A stretch of DNA of 64,000 nucleotides from contig CAVVPN010000003.1 of NCBI GenBank assembly GCA_963750165.1, positions 1,408,001 to 1,472,000 on the forward strand. Reading direction: 5' to 3'. Both the position numbers and the translations under genes were made by a program. Origin of the DNA: an uncultured Gemmataceae bacterium (GTDB lineage Bacteria; Planctomycetota; Planctomycetia; Gemmatales; Gemmataceae). Of the stretch, positions 52,380 through 61,726 are shown in pieces (position 1 is the stretch's first letter; every line of letters starts with the position of its first letter). The notes beneath the pieces are model-generated. The model was not told the origin of the DNA. It made no database searches and saw only the letters and a program-made list of their open reading frames with translations.

Positions 52380-53066
52380 TCACCCCCGCAAGCTGGCGTA
52401 AAATGCGATCACATGCCCCACCAGCAGTGCCAGCGTCGGCTGCGGCAGGTCGCACAGCGGTCCCGTCCACGGGTGCAGGTAAATCTGCCCCTGCGCGTGC
52501 AGCCGCCGCAGACCGTCGTGGAACTGACCGACCGTCAACGCCGGCCGCCCCTGGCACAGTTCGCGATACAGCTCCGGCAGCGGACAATCCTCCGACGTGC
52601 CGGCCGCGTGCCAGCGGTCCAGATGCGCCAGCGCTGCCGGCAGCCAGTCGTCGGCGTCCGCCGCCTGCTCCGGCTGCGCCAGCACGCGCCGCACCACGTC
52701 CCGGAGCCCGTCCAGGCTCACCTGCGCCTGGCGGGCGGCGTGGACCAGCTCGCCCAGCTGCGCCTGCCGGGCCTCCACGGCACGCACCAGGTCTTCGAGC
52801 ACCTGGCGCGGGCTGGCCTGGGTGAGCAGGTATTGCAGGCCCTTGTCGGTGATGGCGCAGATGTCCTGCTCGGATTTGCCGCGCGGCTCACGGCGGAGCA
52901 CGCGGACGAGCGCTTCGTCGAGGCAGCGTTGGGCGGCGAAGCGGGCGGCGCTGGTGGCGACGAACAGGCCCGGACTGCCCTTGCTGCCGTACAGCGGCAG
53001 GCCGGTCGGCTCCGCGGCGGCGCGGCTCAAGGCGTCCAGCAGCAGTTGCGTGGATTTGTCCGCCAA
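52380..53066 (-). CDS. Hypothetical protein with two winged-helix-like domains joined by a coiled coil
   Basis: GGGAGG RBS and TTG start; PadR-like wing AITDKGLQYL; C-terminal LPELYREL..LTVGQFHDGLRRLHAQGQIYL. Confidence 0.7.
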   Translation of the reverse strand: MADKSTQLLLDALSRAAAEPTGLPLYGSKGSPGLFVATSAARFAAQRCLDEALVRVLRREPRGKSEQDICAITDKGLQYLLTQASPRQVLEDLVRAVEARQAQLGELVHAARQAQVSLDGLRDVVRRVLAQPEQAADADDWLPAALAHLDRWHAAGTSEDCPLPELYRELCQGRPALTVGQFHDGLRRLHAQGQIYLHPWTGPLCDLPQPTLALLVGHVIAFYASLRG

Positions 53067-53322
53067 TGGCCCCTCCCTGGCTTGGTCGGCGTCGATGGCT
53101 GGGCCGGGGCGTCCGCCCCGGTTTACACACCCGGCCTATTATCCCTGGTCGGCGGAACAGTGCAAGGGTAGAAAATTACCTTTCCCCGCGCCTCAATTTC
53201 CCTATGATCTCTCCTATCGAGGCGGTAACACTTTTAGGGTCTGGCACGGCGCGGCAGCGGAGGGGTTCCTGACCCGCGGGACCGCCCGGCAGTCCTGCCG
53301 TGCGACCAACGGGGAGACACGC

Positions 53323-54273
53323 ATGAAACTTCGTCTGGCAACCTGGCTGCTGCCGATGGCCGCGGCAACGGTGCTGGCGGTGGCCTTCACCGGCAACTTC
53401 TCGGCACAGCAGGGCGGCGAACACGAGCCCGAGCACGCCGCCCACGACAAGTTACTGCGCAAGGGCCTGCTCGACGCCATGCGCCGTGGCGTCTACCTGT
53501 ACAACGAGCGCGGCGACATGGCCGGCTGCACGAGCGTCTTTGAGGGCGCCCTGCTCACCATCCGGCCCCTGCTGCACCACCAGGATCTGCAAAAGAAGAT
53601 CGACAGCGCGTTGGCGAACGTCGAACAATTACCGCCCGGCTATCAGCGGGCCTTCGCCCTGCGCGGCGTGCTCGACGAGGTTGCCGACCGCCTCGCCGGC
53701 AAGTCCGCTTCCAAGGAGAAGGACACGACCCTCAAGGACAAGGACAAGAAGGACAAGGCCCGTAAGGATCAGGACAAGGCCAACAACAAGACGGACCTGG
53801 GGGTGCTCGACAAGGCGACCACCGACAAGGCCAGCAAGGACAAGGCGAAGAAGGACAGGGCGACCACCGGCAAGAAGGACGCCCCGGCCAAGGACCTGCC
53901 GGCCAAGGACACCAGCGTCAAGGACAAAAAGGACGCCCCGGCCAAGGACAAGCAGGCGCCGCCGCAGGACACCGGCACCGTCAGCGGCAAGGTCACCTAC
54001 GACGGCAAGCCCCTCAGCATCGGCTTCGTGACCTTCGTCGGTTTGGACAAGCGGACCTACAGCGCCAACATCCAGCCGGACGGCACCTACACCCTGAAAA
54101 AGGGACTCCCCGTCGGCCGCTACCGCGTGACCATCGACAAGAGCACCTCGCCGCCGGCGAAGGACCAGAAAGTGATCGAGATCCCGCCGAGCTACCAGTC
54201 GGCGGACACGACGCCGCTGATGGTGGAAATCGTCCGCGGCAAGAACACCGCCGACATTCGACTGAGCAAGTGA
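53323..54273 (+). CDS. Exported protein: helical domain, Lys/Asp-rich linker and carboxypeptidase-regulatory-like domain
   Basis: GGAG RBS, signal peptide, KDAPAKD repeats, VSGKVTYDGKPL..DGTY..GRYRVTI..IPPSY..TPL. Confidence 0.75.
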   Translation: MKLRLATWLLPMAAATVLAVAFTGNFSAQQGGEHEPEHAAHDKLLRKGLLDAMRRGVYLYNERGDMAGCTSVFEGALLTIRPLLHHQDLQKKIDSALANVEQLPPGYQRAFALRGVLDEVADRLAGKSASKEKDTTLKDKDKKDKARKDQDKANNKTDLGVLDKATTDKASKDKAKKDRATTGKKDAPAKDLPAKDTSVKDKKDAPAKDKQAPPQDTGTVSGKVTYDGKPLSIGFVTFVGLDKRTYSANIQPDGTYTLKKGLPVGRYRVTIDKSTSPPAKDQKVIEIPPSYQSADTTPLMVEIVRGKNTADIRLSK

Positions 54274-54337
54274 CCGTCTTTTCCCCCTCGCCCCCACGGG
54301 CGAGGGGGAAGCTCTTTCACGTCTGCCAGGGTCTTCC

Positions 54338-54397
54338 GTAGTGCGGGCGGCCCGCCTGCACAGCGCGCGTGTGCAGGCGGGCCGCCCGCACCACTAC
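54338..54397. repeat. GTAG REP doublet (family also present inside the cyclase gene)
   Basis: gtagtgcgggcggcccgcctgcac..gtgcaggcgggccgcccgcaccactac. Confidence 0.85.
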
Positions 54398-54445
54398 GGA
54401 GAACCGCACGTCCCTGTTGCCCAGCCTCCCTCAGGTGCCGCGCCG

Positions 54446-55006
54446 ATGAACGAATGCACCCATCTCCTGTCCGCCATCGAGCAGGGCGACACCCACGCCG
54501 CCGAGCAATTGCTGCCGCTGGTCTACGACGGCCTGCGGCGCCTGGCGGCCGAGAAGCTGGCCCAGGAGAAGCCCGGCCAGACGCTGCAACCGACCGCCCT
54601 GGTCCACGAGGCGTACCTGCGCCTGGTCGGCGACCGCGACGAGGCGCACTGGGACGGCCGCGGCCACTTCTTCGCCGCCGCCGCCGAGGCCATGCGCCGC
54701 ATCCTCGTCGAGAACGCCCGCCGCCGGCAGCGCCTCAAGCACGGCGGCGGCCGCGCCCGCGAACCGGAACCGCCGGATCTCGCCAGCCCCGAACGTCCCG
54801 AACGGCTGCTGGCCCTGGACGAGGCCCTGAACCGTCTGGCCCAGGTCAACCCCCAGGCGGCCGAGCTGGTGAAGCTCCGTCACTTTGCCGGCTTCAGCAA
54901 CGCCGAGACGGCCGAACTCCTCGGCATTTCGCCGCGCAAGGCCAACCAGGTCTGGGCCTACGCCCGCGCCTGGCTGCGCGAAGAACTGGGCGACGACGAG
55001 GCGTAA
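54446..55006 (+). CDS. ECF sigma factor, STK-associated type
   Basis: QLLPLVY, QTLQPTALVHEAYLRL, HFFAAAAEAMRRILV, LDEAL, ARAWL. Confidence 0.92.
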   Translation: MNECTHLLSAIEQGDTHAAEQLLPLVYDGLRRLAAEKLAQEKPGQTLQPTALVHEAYLRLVGDRDEAHWDGRGHFFAAAAEAMRRILVENARRRQRLKHGGGRAREPEPPDLASPERPERLLALDEALNRLAQVNPQAAELVKLRHFAGFSNAETAELLGISPRKANQVWAYARAWLREELGDDEA

Positions 55007-55075
55007 TTTTTTTCGGGATGGCGTGCGCACTTCACCGCCAAACGTCGCATGACGGGGTAGACGGAGAGCAGCCCC

Positions 55076-58000
55076 ATGCAAGAGCAAACCATCTTCACCG
55101 AGGCTCTGGAACTGGAAGACCCGGCGGCGCGCGCCGCCTTCCTGGACCGGGCCTGCGCCGGCGACCTGGCGCTGCGCCAGCGCGTCGAGCGGCTGCTGCG
55201 ACGGCACCGGGAGGCCGACAGCTTCCCGGAGCAGCCGGCCGCCACCTTCTCCCATGCGGCCCCCCCCGAGGGGCCCGGCGCGCTGATCGGGCCGTACAAG
55301 CTGTTGCAGCAGATCGGCGAGGGCGGCATGGGCGTCGTCTTCATGGCCGAGCAGACCCAGCCGGTGCGGCGCCTGGTCGCGCTCAAGGTCATCAAGGCCG
55401 GCATGGACTCGCGCCAGGTGCTGGCACGCTTCGAGGCCGAGCGGCAGGCGCTGGCGCTGATGGACCACCCCAACATCGCCCGAGTCCTCGACGCGGACGC
55501 CACCGCCACGGGCCGGCCCTACTTCGTCATGGAGCTGGTCAAGGGCCTGGCCGTCACCAAATACTGTGACGAGCGCCGCCTGAAACCGCGGGAGCGCCTG
55601 GAACTGTTCATCCCCGTGTGCCAGGCCGTCCAGCACGCCCACCAGAAGGGCGTCATTCACCGCGATCTCAAACCCGGTAACGTGCTGGTGGCGCAATACG
55701 ACGGCCGGCCCGTGCCCAAGGTCATCGACTTCGGCGTCGCCAAGGCGGCCGGCCCCCGGCTCACCGAGCGCACGCTGTTCACGGAGTTCGGCCAGGTCGT
55801 CGGCACACTGGAGTACATGAGCCCCGAGCAGGCCGAGCTGAACCAACTGGACATTGACACGCGCAGCGACATCTACGCTCTGGGCGTGGTGCTCTACGAG
55901 TTGCTGACCGGCACGACGCCGCTGGAGCGGGGCCGGCTGCGCGAGGTCGGCTTGCTGGAGGTGCTGCGGCGAATTCGCGAGGAGGAGCCGCCGACGCCGA
56001 GCACGCGGCTGAGCACCTCGGCCGAAGGGCCGGGCATCGCGGCCGACCGCGGCCTGGAGCCGAAGCGGCTGAGCAGCCTGGTGCGCGGCGAACTGGACTG
56101 GATCGTCATGAAGTGCCTGGAAAAGGAGCGCGGCCGCCGTTACGAAACCGCCAACGCCCTGGCCCTGGACCTGCAGCGCTACCTGGCGGACGAGCCGGTG
56201 GCCGCCGGGCCGCCTGGCGCGGCGTACCGCTGCCGGAAATTCCTTCGGCGCAACCGCAGATCAGTGCTGGTCGCCGCCGTGGTGCTGCTGGCGCTGATGG
56301 GCGGCTTTATCGGCGCAACCGCAGGCCTGCTTCAGACGATCGTTGCGCGGGAACAGGCATGGGAGGCCGAACGGAAGGAGCGTAGCCAACGGGTGCGGGC
56401 CAAGGCCGGCGAGAAGAAAGCCCAGGATGAGTACGCCCGGGCCGAGGGGGAGCGGAAAATCGCCGAGCGGGAAGGAAAAATCGCCCAGGCGGTGCGCGAC
56501 TTCTTGCAGAAGCAGTTACTCGCCCAGGCGGATGTCCACGTGCAGGCCGACGCCCTGTTGCAGGGCGGCGCGGGCGAAATCAAGGAGAACCCGACTGTCC
56601 GTGAACTGCTCGACCGCGCCGCGGAAGGACTGACCGGGAAGAAGATCGAGTCGCAGTTCCCCGGCCAACCGCTGGTGCAGGCGGAAATCCTGCACACGGT
56701 CGGCGACGCCTACCGCGGCATCGGCGCCTTCGGGCCGGCCATCGACCACCTGGAGCGTGCGCTGCACCTGCGCCAGCGGCACCTCGGCGCCGACCACCGG
56801 GACACCCTGGCGACGCAGCACCGCCTCGCCCGCGCGTACTGGGACGCCGGCGACCTGCCGCGGGCCCTGCCCCTGTTCGAGCGGGTGTGGGCCCGGCAGT
56901 CCGCGACGCTCGGCGCCGACCACCCGGACACCCTGGAAACCCAGTACAACCTCGCGGTGGCGTGCCAGGACGACGGCCAGATGACCAGGGCGGTCCGCCT
57001 GCTCGAGCAGGTGCGTGACGCCTGGTCCCGGGTCCACAGTCCGGACCACCGGAACACCCTGTATACCGAGGTCACCCTCGCCAACGCCTACGTGGCCGAA
57101 GGCAAGGCCGCCGACGCGCTGCGCCGGCTGGTGCCGCTGTGGGAGAAGGCGGCCAGGAACATCGGCCCCGAGCACCCGGAGACCCTGGCCGTGGTGCACG
57201 TGCTCGCCAGGGCGTACGGGGCCGACGGTCAGTGGGCCAAGGCAACCCAGCTGCTCGAAGGCGTGCGGGGACTGATGGAGAAGGAGTTCGGCCCCGAGCA
57301 CCCGCGCACCCTGGTCGTGTTGAGCAACCTCGGCCACGCCTACGGGAAGGGCGGCCGGGTGGCGGAGGCGACCGAGTTGTTGGAGAAGGTCCGGGACCTG
57401 CGCGTCGCCAAACTCGGCCCCGACCACCCGGCCACGCTGATCACCCTGGACAACCTCGCCCAGGCGCACCGGGCCGCCCGGAATCTGCCGAAGGCAATCG
57501 CCTTGCTCGAACAGGTGCGCGACCGGGCCGGGCAGAAGTTCGGCCCCGAGCACCCGCGGACCCTGGGCATGCTGGCCCACCTCGCCGACGCCTACCGGGA
57601 GGCCGGCCGGCTGCCGGAAGGGATCCAGGTGCTCGATGTGATCCGGGACGCTCGGGTCAAAAAACAGGGTGCCGACCACCCGCAGACCCTGACGGTGACT
57701 CAGCAGCTGGCCGTGAGCTGCTGGACCGTGCGCCAGTTCGACCGCTCTGTGCCGCTGTTCGAGGATCTGCTGAAACGACGCCGGGCGAACCTGGGCGCGG
57801 ACCACCCGGACACGCTGGCCACGATGGCGAACCTGGGCGTCAACTATCGCGACGCGGGCCGCCTGGCCGACGGGCTGGCGATGCTGGAGGACGCCCTGGC
57901 GCGGGGCCGCAACTTGCCCGGGGGACTGCCGGAACGGCTCGCCTTTGTGCCGCGGGCGCTGGCGGTGAGCTACAGCCGGGATGGCCAGTTCGCGAAGGCG

Positions 58001-58447
58001 GAACTGCTGTACCGCGCGGCGTTCGAGGAGGCGCGCGACAAGCACGGCGACGGCCAGCCGCAAACCCTCAACCCCCTCGGCGAATTGTGCGTGAATTTAC
58101 TGGCACAGAAGAAGTTCGCCGAGGCCGTGCCGTTAATGCGCCGGCACCTGGCCGGCCGGGAAAAACACGAGGCCGACGCCTGGCCGACGCAGCACGCCCG
58201 GATGCTGCTCGGCGCCGCCCTGCTCGGCAAGGAGCAATTCAAGGAGGCCGAGTCGCTGCTTTTGGCCGCCCACGAGGGGCTGAAGCAGCGTCAGGCCCAG
58301 ATTCACCCCGCCGACCGGCCGGCGGTCCTGGCCAGCAGCCTGGTGTGGCTGGTGCGGTTGTACGAAGCCTGGGACCGGCCCGAGGAGGCCGCGCAGTGGC
58401 GAAAACGCCTGGAAGCGTTTAAGGCTTCCTTGCCGAAGAAGAAGTAA
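55076..58447 (+). CDS. Hanks-type Ser/Thr kinase with TM and TPR repeats
   Basis: [29 protein letters not shown]; about 10 LGxDHPxTL TPR units. Confidence 0.95.
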   Translation: MQEQTIFTEALELEDPAARAAFLDRACAGDLALRQRVERLLRRHREADSFPEQPAATFSHAAPPEGPGALIGPYKLLQQIGEGGMGVVFMAEQTQPVRRLVALKVIKAGMDSRQVLARFEAERQALALMDHPNIARVLDADATATGRPYFVMELVKGLAVTKYCDERRLKPRERLELFIPVCQAVQHAHQKGVIHRDLKPGNVLVAQYDGRPVPKVIDFGVAKAAGPRLTERTLFTEFGQVVGTLEYMSPEQAELNQLDIDTRSDIYALGVVLYELLTGTTPLERGRLREVGLLEVLRRIREEEPPTPSTRLSTSAEGPGIAADRGLEPKRLSSLVRGELDWIVMKCLEKERGRRYETANALALDLQRYLADEPVAAGPPGAAYRCRKFLRRNRRSVLVAAVVLLALMGGFIGATAGLLQTIVAREQAWEAERKERSQRVRAKAGEKKAQDEYARAEGERKIAEREGKIAQAVRDFLQKQLLAQADVHVQADALLQGGAGEIKENPTVRELLDRAAEGLTGKKIESQFPGQPLVQAEILHTVGDAYRGIGAFGPAIDHLERALHLRQRHLGADHRDTLATQHRLARAYWDAGDLPRALPLFERVWARQSATLGADHPDTLETQYNLAVACQDDGQMTRAVRLLEQVRDAWSRVHSPDHRNTLYTEVTLANAYVAEGKAADALRRLVPLWEKAARNIGPEHPETLAVVHVLARAYGADGQWAKATQLLEGVRGLMEKEFGPEHPRTLVVLSNLGHAYGKGGRVAEATELLEKVRDLRVAKLGPDHPATLITLDNLAQAHRAARNLPKAIALLEQVRDRAGQKFGPEHPRTLGMLAHLADAYREAGRLPEGIQVLDVIRDARVKKQGADHPQTLTVTQQLAVSCWTVRQFDRSVPLFEDLLKRRRANLGADHPDTLATMANLGVNYRDAGRLADGLAMLEDALARGRNLPGGLPERLAFVPRALAVSYSRDGQFAKAELLYRAAFEEARDKHGDGQPQTLNPLGELCVNLLAQKKFAEAVPLMRRHLAGREKHEADAWPTQHARMLLGAALLGKEQFKEAESLLLAAHEGLKQRQAQIHPADRPAVLASSLVWLVRLYEAWDRPEEAAQWRKRLEAFKASLPKKK

Positions 58448-58588
58448 CCTCCCACGGCTCGGATCATCGTTTCCCTTCCCCCTTGAGCTAAGCGGCCGGC
58501 GCACCGCGCGCCGGCCCGACACCGCCCCGGCGTCCGGCCTGCGCGCCGCGGGGATTTTTCTTGTTCCGCAGGCCCAAAGGAGATTCCC

Positions 58589-59782
58589 ATGCGTCTCGTT
58601 CCCTGGCTGCGCTCCCTGGTATCTCCGTCCGCCCGGCGGCAGCCGCGCCGCGTCCGCCCGCTGCTGGAAACGCTGGAAGAGCGGGCCGTGCCGTCGGCCA
58701 ACCATGACATCCTGTACGTCGGCGACGCCGCCGACAACAGCGTCAAGGAGTTCAACGCCGACACCGGGGCGTACCTCGGCACGTTGGTGGCGAGCGGTAG
58801 CGGCGGCCTGGACGGGCCGCGCGGCCTGATCTTCAAGAACCCCGGCAACCTGCTCGTCGTCAACCAGAACGTCGATCAAAGTTTCAGCGGCGAAATCCTC
58901 GACTACAACGGCCACACCGGCGCCCCGAAAAGCCCGGTCGTTTCCCACACCGACCCGAACGCCCCGTTCGCGCCGCGCGGCATGGTGCTGCAGGGCAACG
59001 TCCTGTACGTCGCCAGTTTCCAGGACGCCACCACGCTCAACGGCGAGATCGACAAATACGACGTGAACACCGGCCGCTTCCTGGGCAGCCTGACGCCGCG
59101 TAATTTCTCCGGCACGTTCGAGCCGCGCGGCATCGTGTTCGGCCCCGACGGCTACCTGTACGTCTCGTCCTTCGACCAGACGAACCTGCTGGTCGGTTAC
59201 GTGCTGCGCATGAACCCCTACACCGGCGCCTCGACGGTCGTGGCGGGCAACAACGGTGACGGCATCAACCAGCCCGGCGAGATCCAGGACCTGCACCGCC
59301 CCGAGGGCCTGGTGTTCGGCCCCGACGGCCAACTGTACGTCACCAGCTTCCGCGCCGACGCGACCGACACGGACAAGATTCTGGTGCTGAACCCCAGGAC
59401 CGGCGCCCAGGAGAGCGAGATCAACCTGGACCAGGTGAACCAGCCGCGGGCGTTCGCCCAGGCGCTGGAGTTCGGGCCGGACGGCAAGCTGTTCGTGCCG
59501 ATCAGCGGCAACGGCCCCGACACGGGGTCGATCCGGAGTTACAACGTCGTCACGAAGACCTACAGTGTGTTCGTGGCCGCGGGTGGCCCGCTGGGGCAGG
59601 GCTGGTATCTCACCTTCGGCCAGACGAACCCCGCCACCCTGGCCTACGACGGCGACGACCTGGACGACGTGGGCTGCGACTTCCGGCAGGCGTCGGACCA
59701 GGCGTTCGTGGATTTGCAGGCCCAGGTGGTGTTTTTCTTCTCGGACAGTGACGACCTGATGCACCGGCGCATGTGGGGCTGA
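58589..59782 (+). CDS. Secreted beta-propeller (NHL/Vgb-like) with planctomycete LEPR-XLL-type leader
   Basis: AAGGAG RBS; RRVRPLLETLEERAVPS; repeated PxGxxFGPDGxLYV. Confidence 0.85.
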   Translation: MRLVPWLRSLVSPSARRQPRRVRPLLETLEERAVPSANHDILYVGDAADNSVKEFNADTGAYLGTLVASGSGGLDGPRGLIFKNPGNLLVVNQNVDQSFSGEILDYNGHTGAPKSPVVSHTDPNAPFAPRGMVLQGNVLYVASFQDATTLNGEIDKYDVNTGRFLGSLTPRNFSGTFEPRGIVFGPDGYLYVSSFDQTNLLVGYVLRMNPYTGASTVVAGNNGDGINQPGEIQDLHRPEGLVFGPDGQLYVTSFRADATDTDKILVLNPRTGAQESEINLDQVNQPRAFAQALEFGPDGKLFVPISGNGPDTGSIRSYNVVTKTYSVFVAAGGPLGQGWYLTFGQTNPATLAYDGDDLDDVGCDFRQASDQAFVDLQAQVVFFFSDSDDLMHRRMWG

Positions 59783-59813
59783 GCATACCGGGAGCGCGCT
59801 TCAGGCCACCGGC

Positions 59814-59882
59814 CAGGACCGCCTTGATTTATCGTTTCGCGCGGACACTGCCCGCGCGAAACGATAAATCAAGGCGGTCCTG
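59814..59882. terminator. Long near-perfect hairpin sharing its core with 16631-16675
   Basis: caggaccgccttgatttatcgtttcgcgcgg ... ccgcgcgaaacgataaatcaaggcggtcctg. Confidence 0.55.
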
Positions 59883-59912
59883 CCATCGAAGCCCGCAGCG
59901 TGAGACGACCGC

Positions 59913-61679
59913 ATGGACCGCCAACGGCTCGAAGCCGCGTACCTGAAGGCCCGTGACGCCCTGCTCGCGGAGCGCACGCCGGAGGGCCACTGGGTCGGCG
60001 AACTGTCCACGTCGGCGCTGTCCACGGCCACGGCAGTGATGGCGCTGGCGCTGGTGCAGCGGGACACGCCGCCGCACGACCAGCACCAGCGGTTGATCGA
60101 CGGCGGCCTTGCCTGGCTGGTGGCGCACCAGAACGCCGACGGCGGCTTCGGCGACACGGTCAAGAGCATCAGCAACATCTCCACGAGCATGCTGTGCCGG
60201 GCGGCGTTCCACCTCGTAGTGCAGGCGGCCCGCCTGCACAATGGCGGTGCAGGCGAGCCGCCTGCACTACGGCGCATCGAGGCGTACCTGCAACAGCACT
60301 GCGGCCGCACGCCCGCGGAGCAGGCCGAGGCGATCCGCCGCCGCTACGGCAAGGACCGCACCTTCGCGACGCCGATCCTGACGACGTGTGCCCTCGCGGG
60401 GTTGGTGCCGTGGTCCGAGGTGCCGCCGCTGCCGTTCGAGTTGGCGTGCTTTCCGCAATCGTGGTTCCGCTTCCTCCGCCTGCACGTCGTCAGCTACGCG
60501 CTGCCGGCGCTCATCGCCATCGGCCAGTGCATCCACCACCACCGGCCGCCGTGGAACCCGCTGAAACGCCTGACCGGCTGGCTGGCGCGCGACAAAAGCC
60601 TGCGCGTGCTGCAGGCGATTCAGCCGTCGAGCGGCGGCTACCTGGAGGCGGCGCCGCTGACGAGTTTCGTCACGCTGAGCCTGGCGAGCATCGGGCTAGC
60701 GCAGCACCCGGTGGCGGTGAAGGCGGTCGAGTTCCTGGTACTTGGCGTGCGGCCGGACGGCAGCTGGCCGATTGACACGAACCTGGCGACGTGGGTGACG
60801 ACGCTGGCGGTCAACGCGCTGGCGGTGGCGGGGGATCTGGAGGCGCTGGACGGAAGGGAGAAGTTGCAGAGTTGGCTGCTCTGGCAACAATACCGGAAGC
60901 GCCACCCTTTCACAGGGGCAGCCCCGTGGGGGTGGGCCTGGACGCCTTTGCCGGGCGGCGTGCCGGACGCCGACGACACCCCCGGGGCGATCCTGGCGTT
61001 GTGTCATTTCCCGGAGCTGTTTCACGTCGGCTACGGTCACGAACTGGGCCGCGCTGCGGAATGGCTCGGGAACTTACAGAACCGCGACGGCGGCATCCCG
61101 ACCTTTTGCCGCGGTTGGGGAGCGTTGCCTTTTGATCGCAGCGGATCGGACCTCACCGCGCACACGCTCCGGGCCTGGCGGGTGATCGGTTGGAAAGAGA
61201 AAGCAACTCGTCGTGCCCTGGCCTACCTCGCCCGCCAGCAGCGGCCCGACGGCTCCTGGCTGCCGCTGTGGTTCGGCAACCAGCACGCCCCGGACGACAT
61301 CAATCCCACCTACGGCACCGCCCGTGTGCTGGCCGCGTACCGCGACCTCAATAGGATGAACGACGAACCCGCCCGCCGCGGCGTCGCCTGGCTGCTCGCC
61401 GTGCAGAACGCCGACGGCGGTTGGGGCGGCGCCGCCGACACGCCCAGCAGTGTCGAGGAAACCGCCCTGGCGGTGGAAATCCTGCTCGACGCGGGCGAAG
61501 ATGCCCGGACTGCCGTGAATAAGGGCCTGGCCTGGCTCGTCGATCAGGTGGAGCAAAATACCTGGAAAAACGCCGCGCCGATCGGTTTTTACTTTGCAAA
61601 ACTGTGGTACTTTGAGAAACTTTATCCGTTAACCTTCACGGTGGCCGCGCTGGGCCGCGCCCGCCGCACTCTCTCCTGA
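59913..61679 (+). CDS. Squalene-hopene-cyclase-like class II terpene cyclase
   Basis: QW motifs (QNADGGFG, QNRDGG, QRPDGSW, QNADGGWG), DXDD motif PDADDT, IGFYFAKLWY..YP. Confidence 0.88.
   Translation: MDRQRLEAAYLKARDALLAERTPEGHWVGELSTSALSTATAVMALALVQRDTPPHDQHQRLIDGGLAWLVAHQNADGGFGDTVKSISNISTSMLCRAAFHLVVQAARLHNGGAGEPPALRRIEAYLQQHCGRTPAEQAEAIRRRYGKDRTFATPILTTCALAGLVPWSEVPPLPFELACFPQSWFRFLRLHVVSYALPALIAIGQCIHHHRPPWNPLKRLTGWLARDKSLRVLQAIQPSSGGYLEAAPLTSFVTLSLASIGLAQHPVAVKAVEFLVLGVRPDGSWPIDTNLATWVTTLAVNALAVAGDLEALDGREKLQSWLLWQQYRKRHPFTGAAPWGWAWTPLPGGVPDADDTPGAILALCHFPELFHVGYGHELGRAAEWLGNLQNRDGGIPTFCRGWGALPFDRSGSDLTAHTLRAWRVIGWKEKATRRALAYLARQQRPDGSWLPLWFGNQHAPDDINPTYGTARVLAAYRDLNRMNDEPARRGVAWLLAVQNADGGWGGAADTPSSVEETALAVEILLDAGEDARTAVNKGLAWLVDQVEQNTWKNAAPIGFYFAKLWYFEKLYPLTFTVAALGRARRTLS
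60216..60270. repeat. GTAG REP doublet lying in frame within the cyclase CDS
   Basis: gtagtgcaggcggcccgcctgcac-aatggcg-gtgcaggcgagccgcctgcactac; translates as VVQAARLHNGGAGEPPAL. Confidence 0.85.
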
Positions 61680-61726
61680 AGACGCTAACCGAACCCACCC
61701 CGAGCGCCCCCAGTGAGGAAGCACCT

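Noticed and set aside
53242..53257. TGGCAC as a second sigma-54 promoter
   Set aside because: No TTGC at the -12 position (ggca instead).
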